64,000 nt of DNA from contig NC_042999.1 in NCBI RefSeq assembly GCF_006345805.1, positions 29,884,001-29,948,000 of the forward strand, given 5' to 3'. Made by a program: the position numbers and the translations under genes. Source of the stretch: Octopus sinensis. Its lineage: Eukaryota. Shown here piece by piece: positions 1-13,120 of the stretch. How positions within the stretch are numbered: the first letter of the stretch is position 1; each line of letters begins with the position of its first letter. The notes beneath the pieces were generated by a model. That model worked only from the letters and a program-made list of their open reading frames with translations, did no database searches and was not told where the DNA came from.

Positions 1-35
1 GTGCTGCACCAATGTACACACGCGTACGCAAAGAT

Positions 36-77
<42 letters not shown>

Positions 78-166
78 ATATATATATGTATATATACCGG
101 AGTAAACACATAATTGTGAAACAAGGTGGAAAAAGAGTACTAAAATACCAGTGGTAGAGTAATATG

Positions 167-265
167 CTTTATTTTAAGCAGCAGAAAATTCAACAAAATC
201 TGTTACTCTGAGAACGGCAACTCAGAGTAACAGATTTTGTTGAATCTTCTGCTGCTTAAAATAAA

Positions 266-266
<1 letters not shown>
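167..266. repeat. Hairpin: 46-bp inverted repeat with 8-nt spacer abutting (TA)n; probable PLE pLTR fold-back remnant
   Basis: 167-212 (ctttattttaagcagcag...actctgag) is the reverse complement of 221-266 with 1 mismatch; (TA)n starts at about 267. Confidence 0.85.
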
Positions 267-328
<62 letters not shown>

Positions 329-689
329 GACGCACAGAAATACAAATATATAACATTACTAGACAGCTACTAAAATATATAGCATGGATAAGTTAAGGAA
401 TCGACTCAAGTGCAAATTTTATTTAGATCATACTTGCAACACATGTTTCGATAAAAGATTATTTCGGACGGAAAGAAAATGATGGAATACCCTTGGCACC
501 TATGTGAATTTTTGCTGCCATGATAACAAATTTTTGTAGACATAAAAAAATTTATATATAACATTACATATGTGTGTGTGTGCATGCGTGTATATATATA
601 TTATTAGGGAGTAAATCCAAACTTACAGGGAAAAATAAATTAGATTTAAGGTTAAAACCAATTTTTTTGTATAAATATACATATATATT

Positions 690-836
690 ATATTAAATTA
701 GAGATAAAACCACTATTAGACAAATCAAACAGTGAAAATCATAAACCAATAAATTTTAATTTAATTTAAGTATTCTTTGTTTTATGATTGTCACTGTTTG
801 ATTTGCCTAATAGTGGTTTTATCTCTAATTTAATAT
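690..836. repeat. Inverted repeat, about 56-bp arms with 35-bp spacer, abutting (TA)n
   Basis: 690-745 vs 781-836 are reverse complements with 2 mismatches. Confidence 0.85.
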
Positions 837-886
<50 letters not shown>

Positions 887-890
887 TACA

Positions 891-937
<47 letters not shown>

Positions 938-954
938 TATATATATATATATAT

Positions 955-1015
<61 letters not shown>

Positions 1016-1041
1016 GTACATGTGGCGTGTGTATGTATGTA
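837..1041. repeat. Compound microsatellite (TA)n-(TATG)n-(TC)n-(TA)n
   Basis: Read directly; accounts for the YIYI/SLSL ORFs here. Confidence 0.95.
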
Positions 1042-1642
1042 AGTATTTCGTATATGATAGATGCGTACCACATCCTCATAAAAGCCTCTATGGTACTGCT
1101 GGCTACCGTATATTAATCCCAGCCTTCCCAGTTAACTTACGAGATTGTTATACATGCGTATGATGAATATAATGATAACGGATGGAAAATTTAATGTACG
1201 CTGTACATAGTTGTGAGCTACTATATTTGACACATTTTTGATTTTTTTTTTTAAGCTGGTTTATATAACCTAACTAATGTCTGCAAGCCTTCTTAATGCT
1301 TTTAGTTTATGACATAAATATGTTACAGATCAGGACAACTGAACGAGAGAAATCAGGACGAAAAACAAACGGAAGTTAGATGCAGAAAGTGGGAGGGTAA
1401 GAGAAGCAGGAACAGAAATTAATAAATGAATTAGGATTAATCCCCAATGACTATAGAGTCATGAATCTAGTTCATGCATAATCAACGAAAGAGGGTTCGG
1501 TGGAAGCCTTACATCGGAAAATATGTCCTCTTTCAATAACATAACAATCCAAACGATAAGTATTATATATATTTTGCGAAGGTTTCTTCAAAGAATATAT
1601 GCTATTAACCTATCTTCTTTCCTGCACATGTATGCATACATA

Positions 1643-1707
<65 letters not shown>

Positions 1708-2087
1708 TCACAGATACACATATATGTCTCTATATATATACATAGAAATGCATAAAGAGACACAGAGTAATATGTGTGTGCGTGTGTGCATGTGTGCATG
1801 TGTGTATAGCAGTTGTATTATGTGTGTGTGTGCATTTGTGTGAGTGTGTATATGTGTGTGTGTGCCTGTGCGTATATGTGTCTGTATGCTTGTCTGTGTG
1901 TCTGATAGTACTGTTTAATTTTGTAACGTTCATAGTAAAGCATGTCTCGGCTATATGTTTTCTTTCCTGCTGTGCAAAATACTGTTATCAGTTTGCAATA
2001 ATATGTCATTTTAAATTTGAAAAACTCCTTGCAATTCACGTTCGAAACTGTAGCCGAAAGAACAACATATATGCAACTTATATAAAA

Positions 2088-2472
2088 CTAGCAGTATCGC
2101 CCGGCGTTGCTAAGTTTGTAAGGGAAATAACTATATAAGCATTTTTAGAGAGTTATAGCCAAGAAATAGCAAAAAATGCATTTAAAATGGAAAAAATGAT
2201 GGTAATCTTTTTTTAAATCGTTGACTCATCGTAGACATTTTTGGAGAGTTACTTCCCTTAAAAAAAATATGCATTAAAATGGAAAAAATGATGGTAAATT
2301 ATTTTTAAAATCTTAGACTCATCGTAGACGCGCGCTAATACTCAGAAGGTCTCGGTATGAATCACGACTATAAAATACCCGATTTTGGTTAAACTGCACC
2401 GCAAAATGTGGGAGGAGTTAGGAATCTAAATCGGAGTAGACAGACACACAACCTTACTTTCATATATAAAGA
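2088..2472 (-). mobile_element. Non-autonomous Helitron (about 385 bp)
   Basis: Minus strand starts 5'-TC (2472-2471) and ends CTAG-3' (2091-2088), inserted between host A and T, no TSD. GC-rich subterminal motif gcccggcgttgct is a degenerate hairpin. Internal duplication of about 70 bp. Confidence 0.75.
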
Positions 2473-2992
2473 TTACGTTTAAAGCAAATGAAATGCTGTC
2501 CTTAGACGCAAAATTATTTAAAGTTAGTGGAAACAATGCGCAGATAACGATAAAAAAATACTTATATGTTATATCTTCAACATATAATATATATCAGCGT
2601 TCAGTAGGCGTCTCTACTTCCAGCCTATACGTTTATATATTTAAATGGGAAATGGGAAGCGTAAATATGTGTCGTGCCTCAGAGTGCGGCGGCATTCTTA
2701 ATATATTTTCAGAATAATGATAAAACAAAATGGCTTATATTTAAAATCAAATTATTAGAACACAGAAACAAAATTACAGAAGTTAGGTACAATAGATAGA
2801 CGTAAATAATCGCATGAAGAATAATATTGAAAGCTCCGTGTCAATGATAGTGAGTTGGAAGAACAAAAGACTGTTGTTACAGGCAAGTTGTTAATATAAA
2901 TAATATATGACAGATATATTTCAGTGTGTCGATATATAAATATAACGGTTCACAAAAATACGCTTACACGCTTACATGTATACATACATGCA

Positions 2993-3122
<130 letters not shown>

Positions 3123-3135
3123 ATATATATATATA

Positions 3136-3166
<31 letters not shown>

Positions 3167-4889
3167 CATACATACATCTATACATGCATGTGCGGTTAAT
3201 ATGTTTGTGAATTGTTAAACATAAACATACATATATATATATATGTGTGTGTCTCTGTGTGCTGTGTATGTGTATATATGTGCATCAATATATTTATGTG
3301 TGTGTGTGTATTGTATATAAGTATATTTATATATTTCTCTATGCATAACTACATCTTTACAAGCATAAGATGCATCGAAAGAACAAATAGGGTACTGTCA
3401 GGATTCCTATAACTGGAATTTTCCACCGGTATGCATACAATGAATTCGAGATTAAATAAGCGAGCTCTTGATATTGCTGTAGAAATAAAACTTTGATCGA
3501 AATATTTTCACCCGTGAACAGCATGCGCTTTATGTTCAGCTAGTATTACATAACTGAATAACCCTTTCCTTATTTCAGATATCTTACGAAATTTTGCTTG
3601 TTATTTCACTCAGCTGAAAAGAGATTCCTGCCTCGTTTCTGCAGTAAATTGTATAAATTATAATTTCATAAAAATTTCTGAAGAATCGAGGTAGGTGTCC
3701 TCAACGTAATCTCCTTTATCATTGTGAATTCAATTTTCAAGGCTGGATTGTGTAATTTCCCTGCTAGGTATGCTTCATACTGCAACACATCGTTTCTTCA
3801 ATTCTATATAACAAATCACAACGTAGAAGCAAATTACTTTTGCTTTGCCTTAAAATTTTGCAAACATTCCACCTTCGGAAATGCTCGTAAAAATTCTATA
3901 TATGCAAAATCAAATGTTAAGAGAAATATATTTTATCATTTACAAATTGATCTCAAGTTAAAATACATACTCAGAAATTTCGGGAGGTTTACTTAGTTTT
4001 CTGCAGAGCAATAATTTCAACGTCTTCATCTGTTAACGTTAGTTAGAAATATTTCAGTGATGTAAAGTCTAATATATCGAAATTAGGAATAAATACGTGA
4101 GAATAATTGGTTATAAGGTACCAATATTCCCGTATTATCACTGCTAAAAGTTACAATCCATGAGTAAATTTCAGTCACAATGGAACAGGCAATGAAGAAT
4201 CACAACAGAAGCAAACCTGATAATTTGATACAATTAACAAAAGCTGGCAGATTGCAGTTATTCTGAAATAAATCATTTTTGTGTTTACCTGCTCTATTCT
4301 CTTAATATTGGATTGGGAATTAAAATATAACATTTTACTAACATTATTACTAGACAAATGAACACCCCAGTTAGATGTGTTTGATGGAGTGTGCCGTTGT
4401 TTAAAAGTAATTTATATATATATATATATGCTGGTTTTCTACTACAATATTCAGCAATAAAATCTTGTACAGCTCAATAGTAAGAATATGAAAACATACA
4501 TACTGAAATACATTCGTCGATTCAATTCTACTCCCTTTAACTATAGGGTAGAATTCACTAATAAAAAGATTATCATTTAATTTCCATGAAATTATGGACG
4601 TGAATTATATTACCGTTCTTAGAGAGCGAAATCATGTAATAAAATATATATGTATCGAAAGTAATCCAATGTAATATGATACACACACCTACACATCACC
4701 AAAGTGTACGTACACTGCTATATTTATGTAAAGAGGAATACCAAAACTGGGACAAGAACGCAAAACTTCCAGAGAGGTGATACAAAAAAAGTGACAACAA
4801 AACAACCAGACAGTCGTTACAAAAAATAACAGTTGAGTCATTCGGAGATTTTTTCTTCATTCGATATATATATACATACATATATATAT

Positions 4890-5033
<144 letters not shown>

Positions 5034-6332
5034 ACATATGTATATGCATTTATAGATGTATATAAACAAATATTTGTATAAACACAAATACGTATATATA
5101 TAAAATAATATACATAATATTTTATATATATATATATATGTGTGTGTGTATCTATGTATCTATGTATATATTAAACGCCCAAATTGTGAAGAGATATACT
5201 TTGCTCATACTGAGCATGCGTTATCGCAACTTTCACGTGTGTGCTGACAGCAAATTAGGGACCATGATGACCGTCAGATATATTTAAGTAACCATCGTAC
5301 ATGTGGTCAGAAAACATTTATGATATTCCTATTCTACAAACTCCCCGACTCAAGTAAAATTGAGTGAAAAGTCAGGGAAAAGAATTTTATTGAATAATAA
5401 AAACGCTTTCTAAATGGAGTGTTATAGTAACGTGATAATTGTACAAGTGATGGCGACCGCAATTACCACTCATGCTACGACTATTACCGCCATTCACAAC
5501 AAGGATAATAGAAGTGATGGGCGGAGGGTAGTACTGTTTACCAACTGTACGTTGATTGGAATGAAAATATTTCTGGAGTAACTGTAGAATTCAACGAAAA
5601 TAGGAATGTCGTTTACAGCATTCCCACATATAGCCAAACAATCATTCCTTTAGGTGCGGTCAAAGTTAAGAATCCTTGATATGCCCACCAAACTGAGGCT
5701 TCTCAGACACATACTGATTGGTCGAAATACTGTTAGAATTTAGTTGGTGCGTTCACCAATCATTGAAATGTATGTGACATACTGTTTAGTCATCCAAGGA
5801 TATTTAAATGATAGATCCAAATATTTCACTACAGTTGTCAATTGCGGAACGTGACTGTCACTACATGAACTTGATTTTTCTAAGGCATGAAAGGACTAGT
5901 TTATTTCAATATCGTAAAATTGTAAAAATTACAATTAATAATACTTCAAAATCAGACGAAGTTGGAACTTCATTGATTAAGATATAAATCGTGGAAAAAT
6001 AACGAAGTGTTAGCGTCAAGCAGTGTTTAGACATAAGCACATTTAGTTCACTTAAAATATATTTGTGACAAATTTCAGCTTCTAAAAGGCAAATTTACTG
6101 CAATTACCGTAGAAAGAATATTTCTCGCTTGGCAAAAAGTTGTGAAAACCCCCTAGTTGTTCAGTGGCCTGATTCATTATCAGGAATCCCAGACATTGGT
6201 GCTTCAAGCTTCTTGGCTCTTATCAATGGATGTACTTAAGAGATGTAAATCTGAACAAAGTTATAAAAAGTTTAACTTAATGTAAAATACAGTCAAAAAA
6301 GCTAATTAATTTGTGCGTGGGAAAATAACGAA

Positions 6333-7727
6333 ATGTTGCACCCAGCGCTGTTTATTCATAAGCAAAAATTAGGCTCTTTAAAATATGTTACCGTAGAGAA
6401 GAAACACCCAGAGACATTCCCTGACCGCATTAACAAGTCTTTTATTACAGAATATCTCAAGTTCATTCTGACAAACAATTCTTTTCTCTTCGACGACACA
6501 CACTACCGTCAAAAATGTGGCATTGCGATGGGTACCAAGGCTGCACCAGTCCTTGCGAACCTCATAATGGGTTACTTCGAACTGTCACTCTATGAAATAT
6601 CAAGCCATAAATTTGGACATGTTTTCCACACCTACCTAATGGAAAACTGGAAAAGGTATTTAGATGATTGTTTCATCGTATGGAAAGAACCTTATGAAAA
6701 ACTCCTGGAATTCAAAACCATACTAAACAACATACATCCCAACATCCAATTCACTATGGAATTAAGCAAACGTCATCTCCCATTCCTTGATCTCCTAATT
6801 ATAAAAACACCTAAGAACCAAATCATAACAGACATCTACCAGAAACCTACAGACTCACAACAATACCTCCTCTTTAGTTCATGCCACCCAAAACACACCA
6901 AGACAAATATCCCTTTCAATTTAGCTAAAAGGGTATGCACCATTGTCTCGGATCCAAAAACACGAGAAATACGCCTTCAAGACCTCAAAATAACACTATT
7001 ACAACGTCAATATCCCTCCACCCTTATAGAGTATGGAATAAAACGCGCCAAAGAACTAGACAACACTACACTGAAAACCACCCAACCTAACACCACACAC
7101 AACCTCAAAATACTTCCATACATTTCCACCCACAACCCCAAAAATATCGAAGCATACACCACAATCATACAAAACCTCAGTCTACTGTCAACAGACCCAA
7201 AAATGAAAGACATTATAAATACGTACAAAATCCTCAAATGCAAAAGGCAACACAAATCTTTAAAAAAACTCTTGACAAATGCCAAACTTCACACACCACA
7301 TCCACCCCCAACAGTAAAAAAATGTGCACGCTCAAACTGTGGTACCTGCCCCTTTCTACTTGAAGGCTCTGAATTTACCTTCAAACAAGGTACGAAGTTT
7401 AAAATCAAGACTAACTTCTCCTGTTCCTCCGAGAACCTTATCTACGTTCCCACATGCGCTGGTTGCCAACATAATTATGTTGGACAAACGAGTCTCCCGT
7501 TACGTAAACGAGTAACGGTGCATAAAGAACAAATAAATCTCCCGGAATACCGACAAATTCCACTGAGTGAACACTTAGACTCATGTGCTAAAGACTTAAA
7601 TCCCAAATTCTATATATTCCCCTTCTACCAATGTAAAGACGGGATCACCACACAGGAGAGAATTAACAAGGAGAATCTCTTTATTGAAAAATTCCAAACA
7701 CAACTTAATATGCAAACTCCTCGTTGA
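6333..7727 (+). CDS. PLE polyprotein, 5'-truncated: C-terminal RT, thumb, Cys-rich linker and GIY-YIG endonuclease (Neptune-like)
   Basis: Motifs GIAMGTKAAPVLANL, WKRYLDDCF, LPFLDL, YQKPTDSQQYL..SCHP, linker CARSNCGTCP, IYVPTCAGCQHNYVGQT, R..VHK. No stops or frameshifts. The first ~22 codons are flanking DNA, not PLE. Confidence 0.93.
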   Translation: MLHPALFIHKQKLGSLKYVTVEKKHPETFPDRINKSFITEYLKFILTNNSFLFDDTHYRQKCGIAMGTKAAPVLANLIMGYFELSLYEISSHKFGHVFHTYLMENWKRYLDDCFIVWKEPYEKLLEFKTILNNIHPNIQFTMELSKRHLPFLDLLIIKTPKNQIITDIYQKPTDSQQYLLFSSCHPKHTKTNIPFNLAKRVCTIVSDPKTREIRLQDLKITLLQRQYPSTLIEYGIKRAKELDNTTLKTTQPNTTHNLKILPYISTHNPKNIEAYTTIIQNLSLLSTDPKMKDIINTYKILKCKRQHKSLKKLLTNAKLHTPHPPPTVKKCARSNCGTCPFLLEGSEFTFKQGTKFKIKTNFSCSSENLIYVPTCAGCQHNYVGQTSLPLRKRVTVHKEQINLPEYRQIPLSEHLDSCAKDLNPKFYIFPFYQCKDGITTQERINKENLFIEKFQTQLNMQTPR

Positions 7728-8534
7728 TCAAACTTCCTTTCTCTACCTCACTCTTCATGGATGGACTAACACAAATATATAAAGATACCATGCATTCATC
7801 ACTTCAAGCTAAAACTTATATTCTTTAAATATCATTTTTACTATTGTTGTTATTACTATCATTTTCATTATAAATGATATGACAATTTGAAATGCAATTG
7901 TCTATGCAGATTTATATAATTAGAAAATAATATAAATAAAGTGTTAACATCTGAAAGTTAAGTTAACAAGCAATTATATAAAAAAGATAACGCAAATGAA
8001 GCTAAAATGATAATTTTATAATTTGGGTTTTATTGAAGAACTCAAAAGAGTTGTCTCCCCTTACTCACAACACAGGAACTGAAGAACCAGGACCACAATT
8101 ACTACTACTTCGTGTCCTGCAAACATGCTGAATTTAACAACACAACACATGCTCTTAATCCCTTTGGATCTTAACACCTCAAGGTAATTTTTTCGTAAAC
8201 AACCATAAAACTCAAGATACACAACGAACTCACAATGTATCGGAGAACTTATTTTTTAATTTTTGTACATTTTTATCATTATTCTTTTACAAAAAACAAT
8301 GCAATTTTCTCTTGTTCCCTTTTCTAATTTTTAAAAAAACTTTTTTAAAACATAAATATTCTTGACAAGTCATACGATGACGAAAACCGGTTGAATCAAT
8401 ATATATTTATATATTTTATCAATTTCTCATTTTATTAAAATTTTCTTTCATTTGAGCATTCTGCATTTAAAAAAAAATGTTTCCTTACTTATCATTCCTC
8501 CACGTGCGGTCAACACAACCCCACCATTTATTGA

Positions 8535-8536
<2 letters not shown>
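6400..8536 (+). mobile_element. PLE copy 1 (5'-truncated ORF plus about 800-bp 3' pLTR region ending at (TA)n)
   Basis: ORF homology begins at about KHPETFP (6400); 3' region carries an HHR motif and ends at (TA)n at about 8537. Confidence 0.85.
8358..8396 (+). ncRNA. Minimal type I hammerhead ribozyme motif, U3-A8 variant, in PLE1 pLTR
   Basis: attc | ttgacaa | gtcat-acg-atgac | gaaa | accggt | t | gaat: 4-bp stem I, perfect 5-bp stem II, palindromic stem III; one-nt register irregularity (extra A). Confidence 0.6.
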
Positions 8537-8579
<43 letters not shown>

Positions 8580-11274
8580 AGTTATCACTGTACACATGCA
8601 CATTCACACTCATATACAAACACAGTTAAATACACAACCCCCACCACGTATATATATATATATATATACATGCATGCACGTATGTGTAAATATTTGCATG
8701 CAATGCATATGAAGTCAACATATATGGGTCGTAAGAAAAGAAATAGAATGATGAAAGCACATTGATAAAAACATGTTTATTTCTGTTCGGAAATTATGGA
8801 ATCCTGTGCGTGTTTACTATTCATAACTTGTGAAAAATTAATATTTCGCGTGCATTTTCAAGAAAACATCTGTAAATGCCGGGAGCATGCCTTAAAGGAA
8901 ATAGTATGACTACCGTAATTGCATTACATATTACTCAGCCCTAAATTTAAATACATAAAATGACACGCAATGAATAAGTATGAGCAAACATTGATTAAAT
9001 TGTTTTCTTTAAAAGTTATTCTTTGCTTCAAATATTTGAAACAACATCTGGTACGTTAAACATTGTTAAACGTTGTATAAAATCATTGGCAAATCATTAG
9101 TTCTGTATGTTTTCGTATTCTAGTCGTCAATTGTAATCTATTGAAGATCATTATTCTCCTACAAGAGGTTTCTGAACTTAGCTCGAAGGAAAGTGTTGTC
9201 CACCCACACACAACTTGTTCCTAGTACGGGCGTTATTTCAACTCTATTTAAATAACTATTGAAAGTATATTTTTAATTCCTTTATATGTCACCAGTGATG
9301 TTTTTCTACTTCGTTTTCTATTCAAAACCATAGTAGTGTGCTGATCTACCATTAATACTACTTTGGTTTCTACCAAAACATTTTGAAGTTATTCTTATTG
9401 TAAATCGATATCAAGAGAGAATTAATCAATCTACGTCATTCTAGTGCATCCAACATAAGAATTCCCATTTCAAGGGATCAATAGAAAGAGCTCAGTTACT
9501 AGTCAATCTTTGCATCGAAAGCAGTGATTAGCATATCTTGACCTCGTCTATTGAATGATTAATGATATGTTTGGGTGTTTTCATAAAGCTTAGGGTCTTA
9601 GAATCTTGCTTTCTATCTTTCTTTTCAGAATCCTTATTAATGACCAGTATATAAGAACTGACTTAACTACGACTCAACATTGTAAGCATATTCAAACTTT
9701 TAGAATTATAAAAAAAATGTTCATATATAGATAAAAATACTTTTCTTTTTTACCATGCTATGAAATTCAGTTTTTAAACCCCTGACGTAAGAAGCTTTTA
9801 ACTCGATATTTAGGGAAGACTTAATCAAATTGATATGCATGTCTATTTATATTTTAATGCAGTAATGTGTGATTGGAAAGAGCATGGTAGGATTTGCTAG
9901 TTGGTTTACCTGGAGAACAAGAATTAAATTTACTTTGTAAATGATATTTAAACAGTAGATTCTTAAAGAGATATAGTGCGCATAAAAGTTAATGCATAGG
10001 ATTTAATGCCTATGATTTAATGCTGGATTTAGTCGTAAATGCGTAAAATTTAATGCTGGAGACTTAAATGCGTAGAGCAGAATTATGTTTGCATATCACT
10101 GGTATATTCTTCCAATATTTCAATACGTGTAAACAAATGAGATTTTAGAAAGTATGTATGAGAGGAGGTAGATGTGTGTTTAAGTTGTTGGCAAATGTTT
10201 GTGACACCGGTTGATGGTGCTTTTTGGGTGTATGCTTGTGCGTAAATGAATGGTGAATGTATGTGAGAAGACTCCCCAGAGGAGAAGGAAGAGTGAATTA
10301 ATGTCGAAAAGGTCATTAGGTTACGAGGATAATTAAAACTGCTTTACAAAGGCTGGAGATATCAGATACGACGACTAAAGCCAACTTAAATTCAGTAATC
10401 CTTATTGTTCAGACGGAAATGTTTGTTAAATTGTGAGCATTTTTATTAATATTGAAAGCATCGCATAGGGATAGGTTATTCCCTGAGCTAGTCTTTTGTT
10501 CTTTTTAGTTTCTATTATCAAAGGCCTCTTATTGTCTATTTAACTTCCCTTAGAGCGAATATATTTTCAAAGCAATGTAGTATATATCTTTTATAATAAT
10601 TAATAGAGCTTTCCTCTTTTTAATATGCAACACTTACAAGGTTTCCGTGTCTCAAAAAGAAAATATGCATCACTTGCCTGTATATCAATTTCTTTTTTTA
10701 AGTATACTTGGTAGCATTATTTCACTTCATATTGAAACGTTTGCCATCGAAACTACATTATGTGGAGAGATAATGTATGTTTTCAAATGATTTATTTAAA
10801 CAATAATTTCATAAATTGTGTTTTTTGAAAATATTGACAGTATAGCAGATTCCCAGACATAGCAATTTTGTTTGTATTTTCATGAAAATATAATACCGGA
10901 AAGATAAGCGTATATTCGTTTTGGATATCTACACTTCACAAGTGTCCATTTTAGCGTGTAATAATAATTTTCAATGTTTTTATAGACGTAGTGTTCAGTA
11001 TGCAGGAACATTTCATGAGTGGTGGTTTCGAAGAGGTGGTGTGTATGGCATATTTAGAGAAAGGAGAGATATATTTTCTAACGTTCACATTTATCATAAT
11101 GTGTAAATGACAGCACAATGACAAACGAAAGACCATGTGGTACTCAGTAAAGACCATTTAAAAGTTCAAATCATGCCTTTGTACGATAGTAATATTCTCC
11201 GATATCTATGCATATAACTTTATCTATATCAAAATCCTCGTTTTCTATCTATCAATCCATCGTTCCCAAATATG

Positions 11275-11400
11275 TATTCGGTCGGTTTCTTTCGATAAGC
11301 TGCTATGTCACGCAGACGTAAACATACCAATGCTGGTTTTCAAGTGGCGGTAGTTGAAATTACGAGCTAGAATAAGACAAAGACACACAACAAAATATCG
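11275..11400 (-). mobile_element. Decayed SINE fragment (family of 12730-13120)
   Basis: gtcggtttctttcgataagctgctatgtcacgcagacgtaaacataccaatgctggttttcaag resembles 12837-12900. Confidence 0.5.
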
Positions 11401-12444
11401 ATATCTGTCATTATCGGTGATTTCAAAACGAGTAGTCTCGCATGGTCTGCGGAATTCATGTGATCTTAAACATTTCGGCGTATGTTGGGAAATTTCGCAG
11501 GATGTTTTCCTGCAATAACTTCGACGTATAAAGAAAACCGTTCAGTGTGTATGTGATCGATTATGTTACATTAATAGAGATTTTATTAAAGTGTAACTTT
11601 ATTTCCTTTCATATCTCTACTCTGTACCACCTAAGCAAATAGGATTCACTCTGCATGTACGTCATATACGGGTGATGCAATTCATTTCTCGATGATCTGA
11701 GTAGACGATGGTTATACGGTATGCTAATGACGACATCTCAGTGTCCATCGTTCTTAATATTTCAGTGGCGAACTATCTCACTTTGTCTGTAACTTTCACG
11801 TCTTCTTTAACGAATGACGTGATTTAGATATCCAATGACGCTATCATGCGTCAAATTCGGTGTATAAGTAATATCCATACACACCGATAACGTCTAAATT
11901 ACTAGAGTGGCTTTAATTTGTAATTCAAAATGTGTGTGAGTGTTTGCGGGGAAGTATTAAGTAATATCTATTTGCCAACACAATGTGGCAGCCCTACGCA
12001 GAAAGATGTAACTACATTTTAGCCCCAGCAACACATGTGTTCCCGATGAATACCGACACATTGTCTGTATCCGTATACTGTGAGCAGGGAGTTATATTGC
12101 TACCTTTGTAGCCTTAGCGATTCCTGTAGACCAATTCTGTCTGAGTTATTTCTATCCCTCATATCAGGTCAAACTCCGGCTAGTGATTGATACATTTTTT
12201 GTGAGAATTACGTATCAAATGAAAATGGGACAACACAAGATATTTACAAAGAAATAGGTTGTATATGAGTTCGTTTTATTGTGGCTTTAAAAATGTTGTT
12301 GAATAATATAATTAGAATTTTACAAAATTTTACAAATTCAAACTTGACCGAGAAATCCAACGGACACACCACACTTCTTTACACTGAGTAAGATTAAGCC
12401 GGGGTTTTGATCCCCGACTTCTTTACAACACACACATACACTTA

Positions 12445-12557
<113 letters not shown>

Positions 12558-12729
12558 CACGGGATTATTTCAATTCCTTACGACCAGCACCTACAGTAAA
12601 AAAAATATTGTACCTGTTGCCACACTATGGTATACAAACTGGAACCATGGGGTTCAGAATCAAACGTCTTACTAAAGAGGTACGTGTACATATATATATA
12701 TACTTTTTTTAATTTTATTTTTTTAACTT

Positions 12730-13120
12730 TTTTACTTGTTTCAGTCATTTGACTGCGGCCATGCTGCAGCACCGCCTTTAGTCGAGCAACTCGACCCCGG
12801 GACTTATTCTTTTTTGTAAGCCCAGTACTTATTCTATCGGTCTCTTTTTGCCGAACAGCTAAGTGACGGGGACGTAAACACACCAGCATCGGTTGTCAAG
12901 CAATGCTAGGGGGACAAACACAGACACACAAACACACACACATACATATATATATACATATATACGGCAGGCTTCTTTCAGTTTCCGTCTACCAAATCCA
13001 CTCACAAGGCATTGGTCGGCCTGGGGCTATAGCAGAAGACACTTGCCCAAGATGCCACGTAGTGGGACTAAACCAGGATCCATGGGGTTGGTTAGCAAGC
13101 TACTTACCACACAGCCACAT
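12730..13120 (-). mobile_element. tRNA-derived SINE with CORE-like domain, internal microsatellite and LINE-derived tail
   Basis: Minus strand: A-box-like tggctgtgtggtaag, B-box-like ggtttagtccc, CORE-like cttgggcaagtgtctt; tail ggcggtgctgcagcatggccgcagtcaaatgactgaaac matches the LINE end at 39992-40033. Confidence 0.8.

Noticed and set aside
8086-8130. ctgaaga followed by a caggac/gtcctg stem
   Set aside because: It is followed by caaac rather than gaaac, and no stem I closes it.
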